Origin: an uncultured Erysipelotrichaceae bacterium | GTDB taxonomy: Bacteria > Bacillota_I > Bacilli_A > Erysipelotrichales > Erysipelotrichaceae | Direction: 5' to 3' | Assembly (NCBI GenBank): GCA_964457525.1 | Contig: CAYWGS010000016.1 | Location: forward strand, 1-23,040 | Length of the DNA stretch: 23,040 nucleotides | Program-made: the position numbers and the translations under genes | Shown here: piece by piece, positions 8,907 through 17,666 of the stretch | Numbering within the stretch: position 1 is the stretch's first letter | How the letters are laid out: the number at the start of each line of letters is the position of its first letter | The notes under the pieces: model-generated | The model's database searches: none | What the model was told of the DNA's origin: nothing | The model's input: the letters and a program-made list of their open reading frames with translations, nothing else

Positions 8907-9272
8907 ATGGTGTATCACGTAGGACAAATAGTTGAAGGACAAATAACTGGTATAAAGCCTTATGGTGCATTTGTTAGCATTGATGCGAACACATCAGGAT
9001 TGATTCATATCTCAGAGTTGTCAGATGGTTTTGTGAGAGATGTAGAACTGTTTGTAAAGTTAGGAGAAAAGGTTAAGCTAAAGGTTCTTGAGATTGATCA
9101 AGAGAATCAACAGTTAAGATTATCTCTAAAGGCTTTACAATCCAATTCACGTAAAACAAGGCCTAGAATCAAACCGATTATTAAGTTAAGAGATAAGATT
9201 GGTTTTGCCTCATTGAAGGCACAACTCAATGGATGGATTAAGGAAGCACAAAAGGAGAAACACCATGATTAA
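8907..9272 (+). CDS. S1 RNA-binding domain protein (YabR/GSP13-like)
   Basis: VGQIVEGQITGIKPYGAFVSI....GLIHISELSDGFV is a canonical S1 OB-fold. The tail is basic. Confidence 0.85.
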   Translation: MVYHVGQIVEGQITGIKPYGAFVSIDANTSGLIHISELSDGFVRDVELFVKLGEKVKLKVLEIDQENQQLRLSLKALQSNSRKTRPRIKPIIKLRDKIGFASLKAQLNGWIKEAQKEKHHD

Positions 9273-10539
9273 GTTAGATTTATCGTATGCTCATGTCGAA
9301 AATGAATTAAGTAATTACCAAAATGAAGTGTCTCATTATCATAAACAATTAGTTGAAAAAACGGGTTTAGGAAATGATTATGTTGGATGGTATACATGGC
9401 CAACAGATTATGATAAGACTGAGTTTAATAAAGTTAAAGAATTAGCGAAGATGATTCGTGAGAATGCGGATACTTTAATTGTATGTGGTATTGGTGGTTC
9501 TTATCTTGGATCAAGAGCTGCGATTGAGATGGTACAAGGTTTATTCCCAAACCGTGATATTGATATTTATTTCGTGGGAAATACATTCTCATCGACGTAT
9601 ATTATGCAGTTATTAGAAAAAGTTAAAGATCGTAATGTTTATGTCAATGTTATTTCAAAATCAGGCACAACCACTGAAACGGCAATGGCATTTAGATTAT
9701 TTAAACATTTCTTAGAAAATAAATATGGGGCTGAAGAAGCACGTAAACGTATTATTGCGACAACCGATAAAGCACGTGGAACACTTAAGAACTTCGCAAC
9801 CAACATGGGTTATGAAACATTAACCATTCCAGATGATATTGGTGGTCGTTATTCTGTATTAACATCCGTTGGTTTATTACCAATTGCGGTTGCAGGGGTA
9901 GATATCGATGCGATGATGAAGGGTGCTTATGATGCGTCCATTGCTTATGCAAGTGAAGAGATTGCGAAGAATGATGCATATAAATATGCAGTAAGTCGTC
10001 GTATTCTTGAAAAACAAGGTAAGAATATTGAGTTGTTTGTAAGTTACGAATCACACTTATCGATGCTAGCTGAATGGTGGAAACAATTGTTCGGAGAATC
10101 AGAAGGTAAAGAAAATAAAGGCTTGTTCCCGGCATCGGTTAACTTCTCAACCGATCTACACAGCATGGGTCAATTTGTTCAAGAAGGCTCTAAAGATCTA
10201 TTTGAAACACTCGTTTTAATTGAGAAACCAAATCTTGATATGGTATTCCCAAGTGATAAGGATGACTATGATCAAATGAACTACCTCAGTGGTAAAACCT
10301 TAGATCAAGTCAATAAATCAGCCGCATTAGGTACCTTACAAGCGCATCATGATGAAGGTGGTATTCCAAATATTATCTTGAATCTTGAAGATACAAGTGC
10401 TTATAGTTTTGGATACTTAGCTCAATTTATGTTTATTGCTTGTGGTATGTCTGTGTATTTGTTGGGAGTTAATCCATTTAATCAACCAGGTGTTGAAGTC
10501 TATAAAAAGAATATGTTTAGACTTCTTGGTAAAAAATAA
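9265..10539 (+). CDS. pgi: Glucose-6-phosphate isomerase (short Firmicute type)
   Basis: Start taken at MIKLDLSY (ATG 9265) because AAAGGAG at 9251-9257 fits it. The track start at 9229 lies inside the S1 gene and has no RBS. PGI motifs are present: GIGGSYLG, ISKSGTTTET, GGRYSVL, GESEGK. Confidence 0.93.
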   Translation: MIKLDLSYAHVENELSNYQNEVSHYHKQLVEKTGLGNDYVGWYTWPTDYDKTEFNKVKELAKMIRENADTLIVCGIGGSYLGSRAAIEMVQGLFPNRDIDIYFVGNTFSSTYIMQLLEKVKDRNVYVNVISKSGTTTETAMAFRLFKHFLENKYGAEEARKRIIATTDKARGTLKNFATNMGYETLTIPDDIGGRYSVLTSVGLLPIAVAGVDIDAMMKGAYDASIAYASEEIAKNDAYKYAVSRRILEKQGKNIELFVSYESHLSMLAEWWKQLFGESEGKENKGLFPASVNFSTDLHSMGQFVQEGSKDLFETLVLIEKPNLDMVFPSDKDDYDQMNYLSGKTLDQVNKSAALGTLQAHHDEGGIPNIILNLEDTSAYSFGYLAQFMFIACGMSVYLLGVNPFNQPGVEVYKKNMFRLLGKK

Positions 10540-10543
10540 TTAT

Positions 10544-10579
10544 AAGATGGTTCGATTTGTATTGGACCATCTTTTTTTA
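10544..10579 (+). terminator. Rho-independent terminator after pgi
   Basis: AAGATGGTTC...GGACCATCTT stem of 10 bp including one G-U pair, with a 10-nt loop, running into T7. Confidence 0.7.
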
Positions 10580-10580
10580 A

Positions 10581-10589
10581 TGGTACACT
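10581..10589 (+). promoter_or_regulatory. Possible extended -10 element placed for a leaderless HD-GYP transcript
   Basis: TGgTACACT at 10581-10589 ends 6 nt before the ATG at 10596. No Shine-Dalgarno is present. Confidence 0.3.
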
Positions 10590-10595
10590 AGAGAT

Positions 10596-11837
10596 ATGGA
10601 ACATGATCTTACTGTAAAGCCTTATCAGTTTATAAAGGCTTTATCGATGGCCTTAGAGTTATCGACGACAGGGATTTCGAAACATCATCTTGGGACTGCA
10701 ATTTTGTGTAAAGCATTTGGGGAGGCATTGAACTTAAATCACGAGGAAATGCAAACACTGATTGTAGCAGCTTTATTACATGATATTGGGGCTGCTAGTC
10801 AATGGGATGAGAAGAATTTTATTGTACATAATGATAATGATCGTCATATTTTTGATCATGCGGAGAAAGGATATCTCATTCTTAAACAATTTCCTTTGTT
10901 TGAGCATGTAGCTCAAGTGGTTCGATATCATCATGATCGATATTGTGGCGATAATCCGAGTGGGTTTATCAAGGATGAAATACCACTCTTATCGCGTATC
11001 TTACATTTTGCGGATCGTATTGATGTATTGATTGATTTAAATGAAAATATCATGTTACAAAAGGAAAGGATTACGTTATCGATATTATCATCCGATTTCT
11101 ATGATCCAAAATTATTTCCAATATTCGAACGATTAGCATTAAAAGAAAGTTTCTGGTTAAATATTATTTCGGTTGAGTATGAGTATTTATTCGATGATTT
11201 TGATTCATTCTTTGGTAAGTTTGAACTCAATATTGATGACCTAATCGATTTATCTAAATTGTTTGCGTCAATCATTGATGCTTGTTCAATTTATACCTTT
11301 AATCATTCCTATAATGTAGCGAATGTGGCCAAGTTATTAGCTGAAATGAATTACTCAAATATACGTATGCATAAGGAATTTTACTTAGCAGGTTTATTAC
11401 ATGATTTAGGTAAATTAGCGATTCCAAATGAAATATTAAATAAAAATGGTCGATTGAATGATGAAGAACTCTTAATCATGAAACAACATCCTTATTACTC
11501 CATGTTTATTCTAAATAAAGTAGAAGGTTTTCAGGAAATAGCTAATTGGGTTGGCCATCACCATGAGTATGAGGATGGATTCGGTTATCCTAATCGTTTA
11601 TTGTCACATGAAATAAATGAAGGTATCCGGATATTACAATTAGCGGATATTTTCTGCGCATTGACTGAAAATCGTCCCTATCGAAATGCATTAAGTAATG
11701 AAGATATAATTCGTGAATTGGAAAAATTAGTAACACAAAATAAACTTGAACCATTAATGGTACAAAAAATGTCAAGTAAGATAGATGTATTTGTTCAAGC
11801 TGTTAATCGAAATGTTTCACAAAAAAACGTGAGTTAA
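10596..11837 (+). CDS. Tandem HD-domain protein with a C-terminal canonical HD-GYP domain (cyclic dinucleotide phosphodiesterase family)
   Basis: Domain 1 has LLHDIGA and YHHDRYCGDNPSGF, so its GYP motif is degenerate. Domain 2 has LLHDLGK and HHHEYEDGFGYP, the canonical HHExxDGxGYP. Confidence 0.8.
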   Translation: MEHDLTVKPYQFIKALSMALELSTTGISKHHLGTAILCKAFGEALNLNHEEMQTLIVAALLHDIGAASQWDEKNFIVHNDNDRHIFDHAEKGYLILKQFPLFEHVAQVVRYHHDRYCGDNPSGFIKDEIPLLSRILHFADRIDVLIDLNENIMLQKERITLSILSSDFYDPKLFPIFERLALKESFWLNIISVEYEYLFDDFDSFFGKFELNIDDLIDLSKLFASIIDACSIYTFNHSYNVANVAKLLAEMNYSNIRMHKEFYLAGLLHDLGKLAIPNEILNKNGRLNDEELLIMKQHPYYSMFILNKVEGFQEIANWVGHHHEYEDGFGYPNRLLSHEINEGIRILQLADIFCALTENRPYRNALSNEDIIRELEKLVTQNKLEPLMVQKMSSKIDVFVQAVNRNVSQKNVS

Positions 11838-11842
11838 TCACG
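11828..11842. terminator. Weak hairpin between the convergent HD-GYP and apbE genes
   Basis: CGTGA-GTTAA-TCACG preceded by A7. The stem is only 5 bp and overlaps the HD-GYP gene stop codon (TAA at 11835-11837). Confidence 0.25.
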
Positions 11843-11844
11843 CT

Positions 11845-12984
11845 TTATCGATAGAGTCTTGATTGGTCTTGTATGTCTTTACTATGGACGACAGTGAAAT
11901 CTCCACTGTCTTTTCCTTCTGCATTATGAGGTGCTTTACCTAAACCATATACCCATGTTGCATCAATAACATCATTTGGGTGTTCAGCCTTTAATTGGTT
12001 TAGTAAACTTAATGCCTCATCATACGGCAGTATAAACATCGCCTTAGAAAGTGCTTCTGCAGCTGCTGCAGATAAACTTGTCGCAATCGTAACACTGTGC
12101 AAATCAGTCACAACAGGGAATAGAGTACTAGGATCTATGAGGTGATGATAGGTCTTTCCATCTTCAGCGACATAATAATTTTGATTATCTCCAGAGGTTG
12201 AGATGTGTATCGAACCTTCAAAGTAGAGGGTATCAACACTGCTATCCGCAATAAGAACATTCTTCTTAGGTTGTGCGATTCCTACACCCCACTCATCCCC
12301 ATTTGGTTTTGTGCCAATAGTAATAATACTACTATCACCAATGTTTATAATGGCAATATCAAGTCCAGCTTCAACAAGATTTTCAACAACAATATCAGCA
12401 GCGAAACCTTTTGCGATTCCACCTACATCAAGTGATGCACAAGGATTGTTTATGTATACAGTGTTTGCGTCATCATTGATTTCGATATAATCCCAAGAGA
12501 CACAAGCGCGAGCTGCTTCTAGTTCTTCAATGCTTGGAACTTTTCCAAATTCAGCAGGATCTCCTGCATTAAGTACTTTTCCATCATTTCGATAGTTATG
12601 CCAGACTTCAAGAACGGATCCCATACTAATATCAAAGGTATTTTGTGTGATTGAATAATATTCTTTTGCGAATGTTATTAAATCAATAAGTGTTTGATCA
12701 ACTTCAACAGCTTGTATACCAGCATTGTCATTAATTGTCTTTAGATTATTAATTCCTTCATAATCATTGTATTTATCAAAGAGTTTACCTAGATAGGTTA
12801 ACTCAGTTCTCAATAGATCTTGATAGTTATTAAATTCAGTTTCGTTGTCTGTATATGCAACGAATGTGACTGGGGCATCATTGAATCCAACATCGATAAT
12901 AACATTGCTAAATCGAGTGGGTTCACTCTTACATGCACTTAAGCTTAAGATTAAAAGTATAAATAAGAAGTTTTTTAGTTTCAT
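11845..12984 (-). CDS. apbE: FAD:protein FMN transferase (ApbE family) lipoprotein
   Basis: Start taken at MKLKNF (ATG 12984, GGAGA RBS 5 nt upstream). Lipobox LSLSAC with Cys18. ApbE-like blocks are present (DVGGIAKGFAAD, HHLIDPST). It sits divergent from the rnf operon, whose subunits it would flavinylate. Confidence 0.88.
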   Translation of the reverse strand: MKLKNFLFILLILSLSACKSEPTRFSNVIIDVGFNDAPVTFVAYTDNETEFNNYQDLLRTELTYLGKLFDKYNDYEGINNLKTINDNAGIQAVEVDQTLIDLITFAKEYYSITQNTFDISMGSVLEVWHNYRNDGKVLNAGDPAEFGKVPSIEELEAARACVSWDYIEINDDANTVYINNPCASLDVGGIAKGFAADIVVENLVEAGLDIAIINIGDSSIITIGTKPNGDEWGVGIAQPKKNVLIADSSVDTLYFEGSIHISTSGDNQNYYVAEDGKTYHHLIDPSTLFPVVTDLHSVTIATSLSAAAAEALSKAMFILPYDEALSLLNQLKAEHPNDVIDATWVYGLGKAPHNAEGKDSGDFTVVHSKDIQDQSRLYR

Positions 12985-13000
12985 AGTTATCTCCGGAGAC

Positions 13001-13028
13001 ATTATAGCATAAGCGTTTTACTTTACAA
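13001..13028 (-). promoter_or_regulatory. Putative apbE promoter
   Basis: On the minus strand: TTGTAA (13028-13023), 16 nt, then TGcTATAAT (13009-13001). The leader is only about 10 nt and contains the RBS. Confidence 0.45.
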
Positions 13029-13035
13029 AAAGGTG

Positions 13036-13064
13036 TTTTTGTGTAAATGCATCTATGTTATAAT
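13036..13064 (+). promoter_or_regulatory. Putative rnf operon promoter with extended -10
   Basis: TGtTATAAT at 13056-13064. The -35 is weak and T-rich. Confidence 0.45.
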
Positions 13065-13080
13065 ATACAAGTAGTTTTTT

Positions 13081-13100
13081 ATACGTACAAATTCACGTAT
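13081..13100 (+). promoter_or_regulatory. Inverted repeat in the rnf 5' leader (possible operator or RNA hairpin)
   Basis: ATACGT-N8-ACGTAT lies between the putative -10 and the rnfC RBS. The right half contains TTCAC. Confidence 0.3.
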
Positions 13101-13122
13101 TAAGGAAAGGTTAGGTGAAGGT

Positions 13123-14415
13123 ATGTCTTTATTGACGGGACCAGGTCGAGTACATCTTGATGGTCACAAAGATGAAACATTGCATAATGACATTGTGCTA
13201 GTAAAACCTAAGAAAGAAGTATTTGTTCCTTTAAACAATGGATCTTCAACAAAAGTTGATGTCTATGTTAATGAAGGGGATAAAGTCTTTGTAGGAACAC
13301 TTTTGGCGCGCCGCAATGATCATTTCAATGTGCCTATTTACTCACCAGTTTCTGGTGTAGTTGGGGCGAAGAAGAATATGATGCATTCTGTGTTAAAACC
13401 ACAGGAACATCTCATTATTGAAGACGATGGTAAATATGAAAAGGTTGAATCATTTAAACCTCTTGATTATACAACCGCTACTCATGAAGAACTAGTTAAT
13501 TTTATGATGGAAGCTGGAATTGTAGGTTGTGGAGGTGCTGGGTTCCCATCTTATCTAAAGTATAAGAATCCAGAAAATATCAACACATTGATTATCAATG
13601 CGGTTGAATGTGAACCTTACATTACTGCAGACTATCGCTTCACAAAAGAAAATTTAGCTGATATGTTGCATGGCGTTCGCGCTTTATTAAAGATGAGCAC
13701 TGCACCTAAGGCAATTATTGCGATCAAGAAATCTAAGAAAGAACTTTGTGAGCAATTAGAAGAAGCTGTTAAGAACGATTCTAGCATCTCTGTTTTCAAA
13801 ACTCCAGATGTTTACCCTATGGGTTGGGAACGTACATTAGTGTATGAATACGCTAAGAAACGTTACAATCGTTTACCTTCTGAAGTGGGTATTATCGTTA
13901 ACAACGTTACAACTGCAATTGCTTTCGCACGTGCTCTTAAGTATGGTGAAGGTATTGTTGAGAAGGTAGTTACATTCTCTGGTGATGGATTGAAGAATCC
14001 AACAAACGTTCGTGTTCCTTTTGGTACGAAAGTTTCAGAAGTTGTGGCTCAAATTGGTGGTTATTCCAGTGAAGATGTTTTAGTCATCGCTGGTGGTCCT
14101 ATGATGGGTAAAACAATTCCTACAGATGAATTCGTTATTACAAATTATACCAATGCGATTACTATTCTAAAGAATGAAAAAGTTGAAGCAATGGAATGTA
14201 TGCGTTGTGGACGTTGTAATGATGCATGTCCTGCTGGATTATTACCAGTACGTATTAACAATGCGGAAAAGATGAAAGATCTAAATTGGATGACTCAACT
14301 AAGAGCTGACCAATGTATTGAATGTGGATTATGTACCTATGTATGTCCATCAAGAATTGATGTGACTGAAGGTGTTAGAAGAGCTAAACGTGCTTTAGCG
14401 TTGAAGAAAGGTTAG
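13123..14415 (+). CDS. rnfC: Rnf complex subunit C (NADH-binding, 2x[4Fe-4S])
   Basis: GCGGAGFPS nucleotide/FMN site. Two ferredoxin motifs: CMRCGRCNDACP and CIECGLCTYVCP. Confidence 0.93.
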   Translation: MSLLTGPGRVHLDGHKDETLHNDIVLVKPKKEVFVPLNNGSSTKVDVYVNEGDKVFVGTLLARRNDHFNVPIYSPVSGVVGAKKNMMHSVLKPQEHLIIEDDGKYEKVESFKPLDYTTATHEELVNFMMEAGIVGCGGAGFPSYLKYKNPENINTLIINAVECEPYITADYRFTKENLADMLHGVRALLKMSTAPKAIIAIKKSKKELCEQLEEAVKNDSSISVFKTPDVYPMGWERTLVYEYAKKRYNRLPSEVGIIVNNVTTAIAFARALKYGEGIVEKVVTFSGDGLKNPTNVRVPFGTKVSEVVAQIGGYSSEDVLVIAGGPMMGKTIPTDEFVITNYTNAITILKNEKVEAMECMRCGRCNDACPAGLLPVRINNAEKMKDLNWMTQLRADQCIECGLCTYVCPSRIDVTEGVRRAKRALALKKG

Positions 14416-14424
14416 GACAAAACG

Positions 14425-15924
14425 ATGAAATTTAACTTTAGAGTTTCTCCAAACTATCGTGCTCCTCTAAGCACACAACGCATTATGACTGAATTAACAG
14501 TTTGTATTGCGTTAGTACTTTCTTACTCTGTTTACTTCTATTTTACTAAGATGGGAACAGATTATGGAATTCATGCTTTGTTAATGATTTTAACCGCATT
14601 AGGTACTGCGATTGTTGTGGAAGTTTTATGGGCATTATTCTATAAAAAGAATATCTGGAAACATTTAAATACTTCATTCCCATGGGTTACCGCATTGTTA
14701 TATGTTGGTATGATGGGTGTTAACAAACCACTCTATGTTATCTTTATTGGTAGTTTCATTTCTATCTTTATTGGTAAGTTAGTATTTGGTGGTTTCGGAC
14801 ATAATATTTTCAACCCTGCTGGTGTGGGTCGTGCTGTTTCTGTTTTATCATTCGGTGGATTTATTACGGATAAATTTGCGGATGTTGTGACAGGTGCTAC
14901 ACCTAACCAAGTTATGGAAACATTAGGTTGGGTTATCAAGGATCCAGCGATTGTAACTCAATATTTAGACAGATTTGGTGGTTTGTGGGGCTTAGCGACT
15001 GGCGGTTACGTTGGTGGTTTAGGTGAAACAAACACATTATTAATTTTAGCTGTTGGTATTTACCTTGCTGTTCGTAAGATTATTGACTGGAGAGTTCCTG
15101 CAGTATTCTTAGGTTCATTATTTGCCTTTGCTTCTATCCTTGCAGTTATGAAGGGTATGGGAATTTGGTATCCTTTATTCCACTTAATGACAGGTGGTGC
15201 AATGTTTGGGGCTATCTTTATGATGACTGACCCTGTTACATCTCCAACTTCTATTCCTGGACGTATCTTATTTGCGTTTGGTGTTGCATTCTTGACATTT
15301 ATCATCCGTATCAAAGGAAGTTTACCTGAAGGGGTTATTCGTTCTATCTTATTTATGAATATGATGACTCCATTAATTGATCGTTCATTTGATGGTTGGA
15401 CATTTGAAAAAGTTAAGAAGTATGCCATTTCGTTAACTGTTATTGGAGCATTAGGCTTCTTAACGGTTGGTGTATTTGCGAACCAAGTTGACTATATCGC
15501 GCCAGTTGTTGAAGAAGAACCAGTTGTTACGATTAACTTAAAGGGTGAACCTGTTGTCATTTCTCAACAAACTTCATCAACTGCTGTTATTGTTTCTGAA
15601 ACTGCAGATGGCGATGTTACAACATTTGTTGTTAATATTAATGGTTATGCATTCCAAAGTGATCATGATGATAATCCTCAACCAAATACTTTAGAAGTTA
15701 AAGTTAATACTGCGACTCAAACAATCGAAAGTGTTGCCTATGTAACATTCTCTGATTCTAAGAATATTGGGGATAAGACAAATTCTGACGTATTCTTGTC
15801 TCAATTTGTTGGGGTTTCCATTGTAGATGAAACAGCAAGTGTTGATGTTGTCTCAGGTGCTACAATAACATCTCAATCAGTTGTTAAGGCTGTAAATGCT
15901 GCTATTGCTGCAGCGTTGGACTAG
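14425..15924 (+). CDS. rnfD: Rnf complex subunit D fused to an extra C-terminal TM helix and FMN_bind (RnfG-like) domain
   Basis: The RnfD/NqrB core spans aa 1 to about 325 and carries the flavinylation motif TGAT (nt 14890-14901). It is followed by the helix AISLTVIGALGFLTVGVFA and a roughly 150-aa domain ending in DVVSGATITS (SGAT at nt 15853-15864). Total length is 499 aa. Confidence 0.9.
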   Translation: MKFNFRVSPNYRAPLSTQRIMTELTVCIALVLSYSVYFYFTKMGTDYGIHALLMILTALGTAIVVEVLWALFYKKNIWKHLNTSFPWVTALLYVGMMGVNKPLYVIFIGSFISIFIGKLVFGGFGHNIFNPAGVGRAVSVLSFGGFITDKFADVVTGATPNQVMETLGWVIKDPAIVTQYLDRFGGLWGLATGGYVGGLGETNTLLILAVGIYLAVRKIIDWRVPAVFLGSLFAFASILAVMKGMGIWYPLFHLMTGGAMFGAIFMMTDPVTSPTSIPGRILFAFGVAFLTFIIRIKGSLPEGVIRSILFMNMMTPLIDRSFDGWTFEKVKKYAISLTVIGALGFLTVGVFANQVDYIAPVVEEEPVVTINLKGEPVVISQQTSSTAVIVSETADGDVTTFVVNINGYAFQSDHDDNPQPNTLEVKVNTATQTIESVAYVTFSDSKNIGDKTNSDVFLSQFVGVSIVDETASVDVVSGATITSQSVVKAVNAAIAAALD

Positions 15925-15936
15925 GAGGATCGTAAA

Positions 15937-16437
15937 ATGAAAAAAATTATTCATTTAACATTATTCTTAGCGATTATTAGTGCATTAGCAGGTGGCGTTC
16001 TTGGCTATGTAAATCAAATTACAGCTCCAATTATTGCTGAAAAGAAAATTGCTGCAGTTAAAGCAAGTTTACAAGAAATTTTCCCAGGTGCATCTGAGTT
16101 TGCGGAAATTACAATTGAAGAAAATGATGTTGTAATTAATGCTTATGAAGCGACTGGTGCAGGTTATGCATTTAATGTTAGTGTTCAAGGATATAAAGAT
16201 GTGATTGAATTCATCGTTGGATTTGATCTAGATGGTAAAATTGCTGGTTTAAAAATGAATTATGTCAATGATACTCCAGGTTTAGGTACTAAAGTTGGTG
16301 AACCTGAGTTCATTAATAGTATTGTTAGTAAATCGGTAGATGATAAGTTGGATACTATTTCTGGTGCAACTATTTCATCATCAGCTGTAATTAAAGGGAT
16401 CGATGCGGCGATTGCTGTATTTGAATCCTTGAAGTAG
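15937..16437 (+). CDS. rnfG: Rnf complex subunit G (FMN-binding)
   Basis: N-terminal TM helix. FMN_bind domain with ...TPGLGTKV... and the flavinylation motif DTISGATISS (SGAT at nt 16360-16371). Confidence 0.9.
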   Translation: MKKIIHLTLFLAIISALAGGVLGYVNQITAPIIAEKKIAAVKASLQEIFPGASEFAEITIEENDVVINAYEATGAGYAFNVSVQGYKDVIEFIVGFDLDGKIAGLKMNYVNDTPGLGTKVGEPEFINSIVSKSVDDKLDTISGATISSSAVIKGIDAAIAVFESLK

Positions 16438-16449
16438 GAGGGATAACCA

Positions 16450-17091
16450 ATGAAATCTATTTTAAATTATGGTTTGAATCTCTTAAAAGAGAATCCAGTA
16501 TTTGGATTGTATCTTGGAATTTGTTCTACATTAGCGATTACAATTAACTTGAATAATGCATTAGGTATGGGTGTTTCTGTTATTGCGATTTTAACGGTTT
16601 CTAACGTTATCATTTCTCTCATCCGTAATATCACGCCTGATGAAATTCGTATTCCAGTTTATATTGTTGTTATTGCAACTTTAGTTAAAGCGGTTGAATT
16701 GTTGATTAGAGCTTATGCTCCTGCAATTGATGCTGCTTTAGGTGTATTTATTCCATTGATCGTTGTTAACTGCATTATCTTAGGTCGTGCTGAAGCATTC
16801 GCATCTAAGAATGGTGTTGCTGCTTCTGCTTTAGATGGTTTAAATATGGGTGTTGCTTATACATTAAGTTTAACTGCAATGTCTTTAATTAGACAAATTC
16901 TAGCGACTGGTATGGTTAACTTTACAAATCCTTTTACAAATGTTGAAGTTTTCTCTGTAACGTTAATTCCTAGTCAGTTTACAATTCCTATTTTCAGTGG
17001 TCCTATCGGTGCTTTCTTAACCTTCGCTTTATTAGCTGCAGGTGTAAGTGCAATCCGTAACCACCAACCTAAGGTAAAGGAGGCAAAATAA
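16450..17091 (+). CDS. rnfE: Rnf complex subunit E
   Basis: RnfE/NqrD-type polytopic protein with LGICSTLA and IPLIVVNCIILGRAEAFA motifs. Confidence 0.92.
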   Translation: MKSILNYGLNLLKENPVFGLYLGICSTLAITINLNNALGMGVSVIAILTVSNVIISLIRNITPDEIRIPVYIVVIATLVKAVELLIRAYAPAIDAALGVFIPLIVVNCIILGRAEAFASKNGVAASALDGLNMGVAYTLSLTAMSLIRQILATGMVNFTNPFTNVEVFSVTLIPSQFTIPIFSGPIGAFLTFALLAAGVSAIRNHQPKVKEAK

Positions 17092-17092
17092 G

Positions 17093-17665
17093 ATGGAACT
17101 ATTTTCTTTATTCTTTTCTGCCGTAGTTATTAATAACGTCGTCTTAACAAAGTTCTTAGGTATGTGTCCTTTATTGGGTGTATCTCGTAAAACGAGTTCT
17201 GCACTTGGTATGGGTGCTGCTGTTGTGTTTGTTATCTTTGGATCTTCTGTATTTACGTATGTCTTGTATTACAATGTTCTTGTTCCACTTTCACTTGAAT
17301 ACATGGATTTAATTACCTTTATTCTAGTTATTGCGGCGTTTGTACAATTTGTTGAATTAATTCTTAAGAAATATTCTTCTGTATTGTATAAGGCACTTGG
17401 TATTTATCTACCTTTAATCACAACAAACTGTGTAGTGTTATATGTTACTTTAATTAACATTACTGAAGGATTTACATTTGTTGAAATGGTTGTTTATTCC
17501 TTAGCGACTCCAATTGGATTCATGATGGTTCTTTATATCTTCTCAACAATCCGTGAAAGATTGGATTATGCTGATGTACCAAATGCATTCAAGGGAAATC
17601 CAATTGCGTTAATTGTTGCTGCTATTATGGCAGGTATATTTACAAGTTTCGTAGGTCTAATCTAG
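17093..17665 (+). CDS. rnfA: Rnf complex subunit A
   Basis: RnfA/NqrE-type protein with NNVVLTKFLGMCP and LPLITTNCVVL motifs. Confidence 0.92.
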   Translation: MELFSLFFSAVVINNVVLTKFLGMCPLLGVSRKTSSALGMGAAVVFVIFGSSVFTYVLYYNVLVPLSLEYMDLITFILVIAAFVQFVELILKKYSSVLYKALGIYLPLITTNCVVLYVTLINITEGFTFVEMVVYSLATPIGFMMVLYIFSTIRERLDYADVPNAFKGNPIALIVAAIMAGIFTSFVGLI

Positions 17666-17666
17666 T

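Noticed and set aside
9229-9264. Upstream starts offered by the ORF track for pgi (9229), rpmB (408), apbE (13002) and the first Tad-operon gene (18215).
   Set aside because: In each case an internal ATG has a properly spaced Shine-Dalgarno and yields the family-typical N-terminus: MIKLDL, MSRVCAV, the MKLKNF signal peptide, and MKGII. The extensions lack an RBS or overlap the neighbouring gene.
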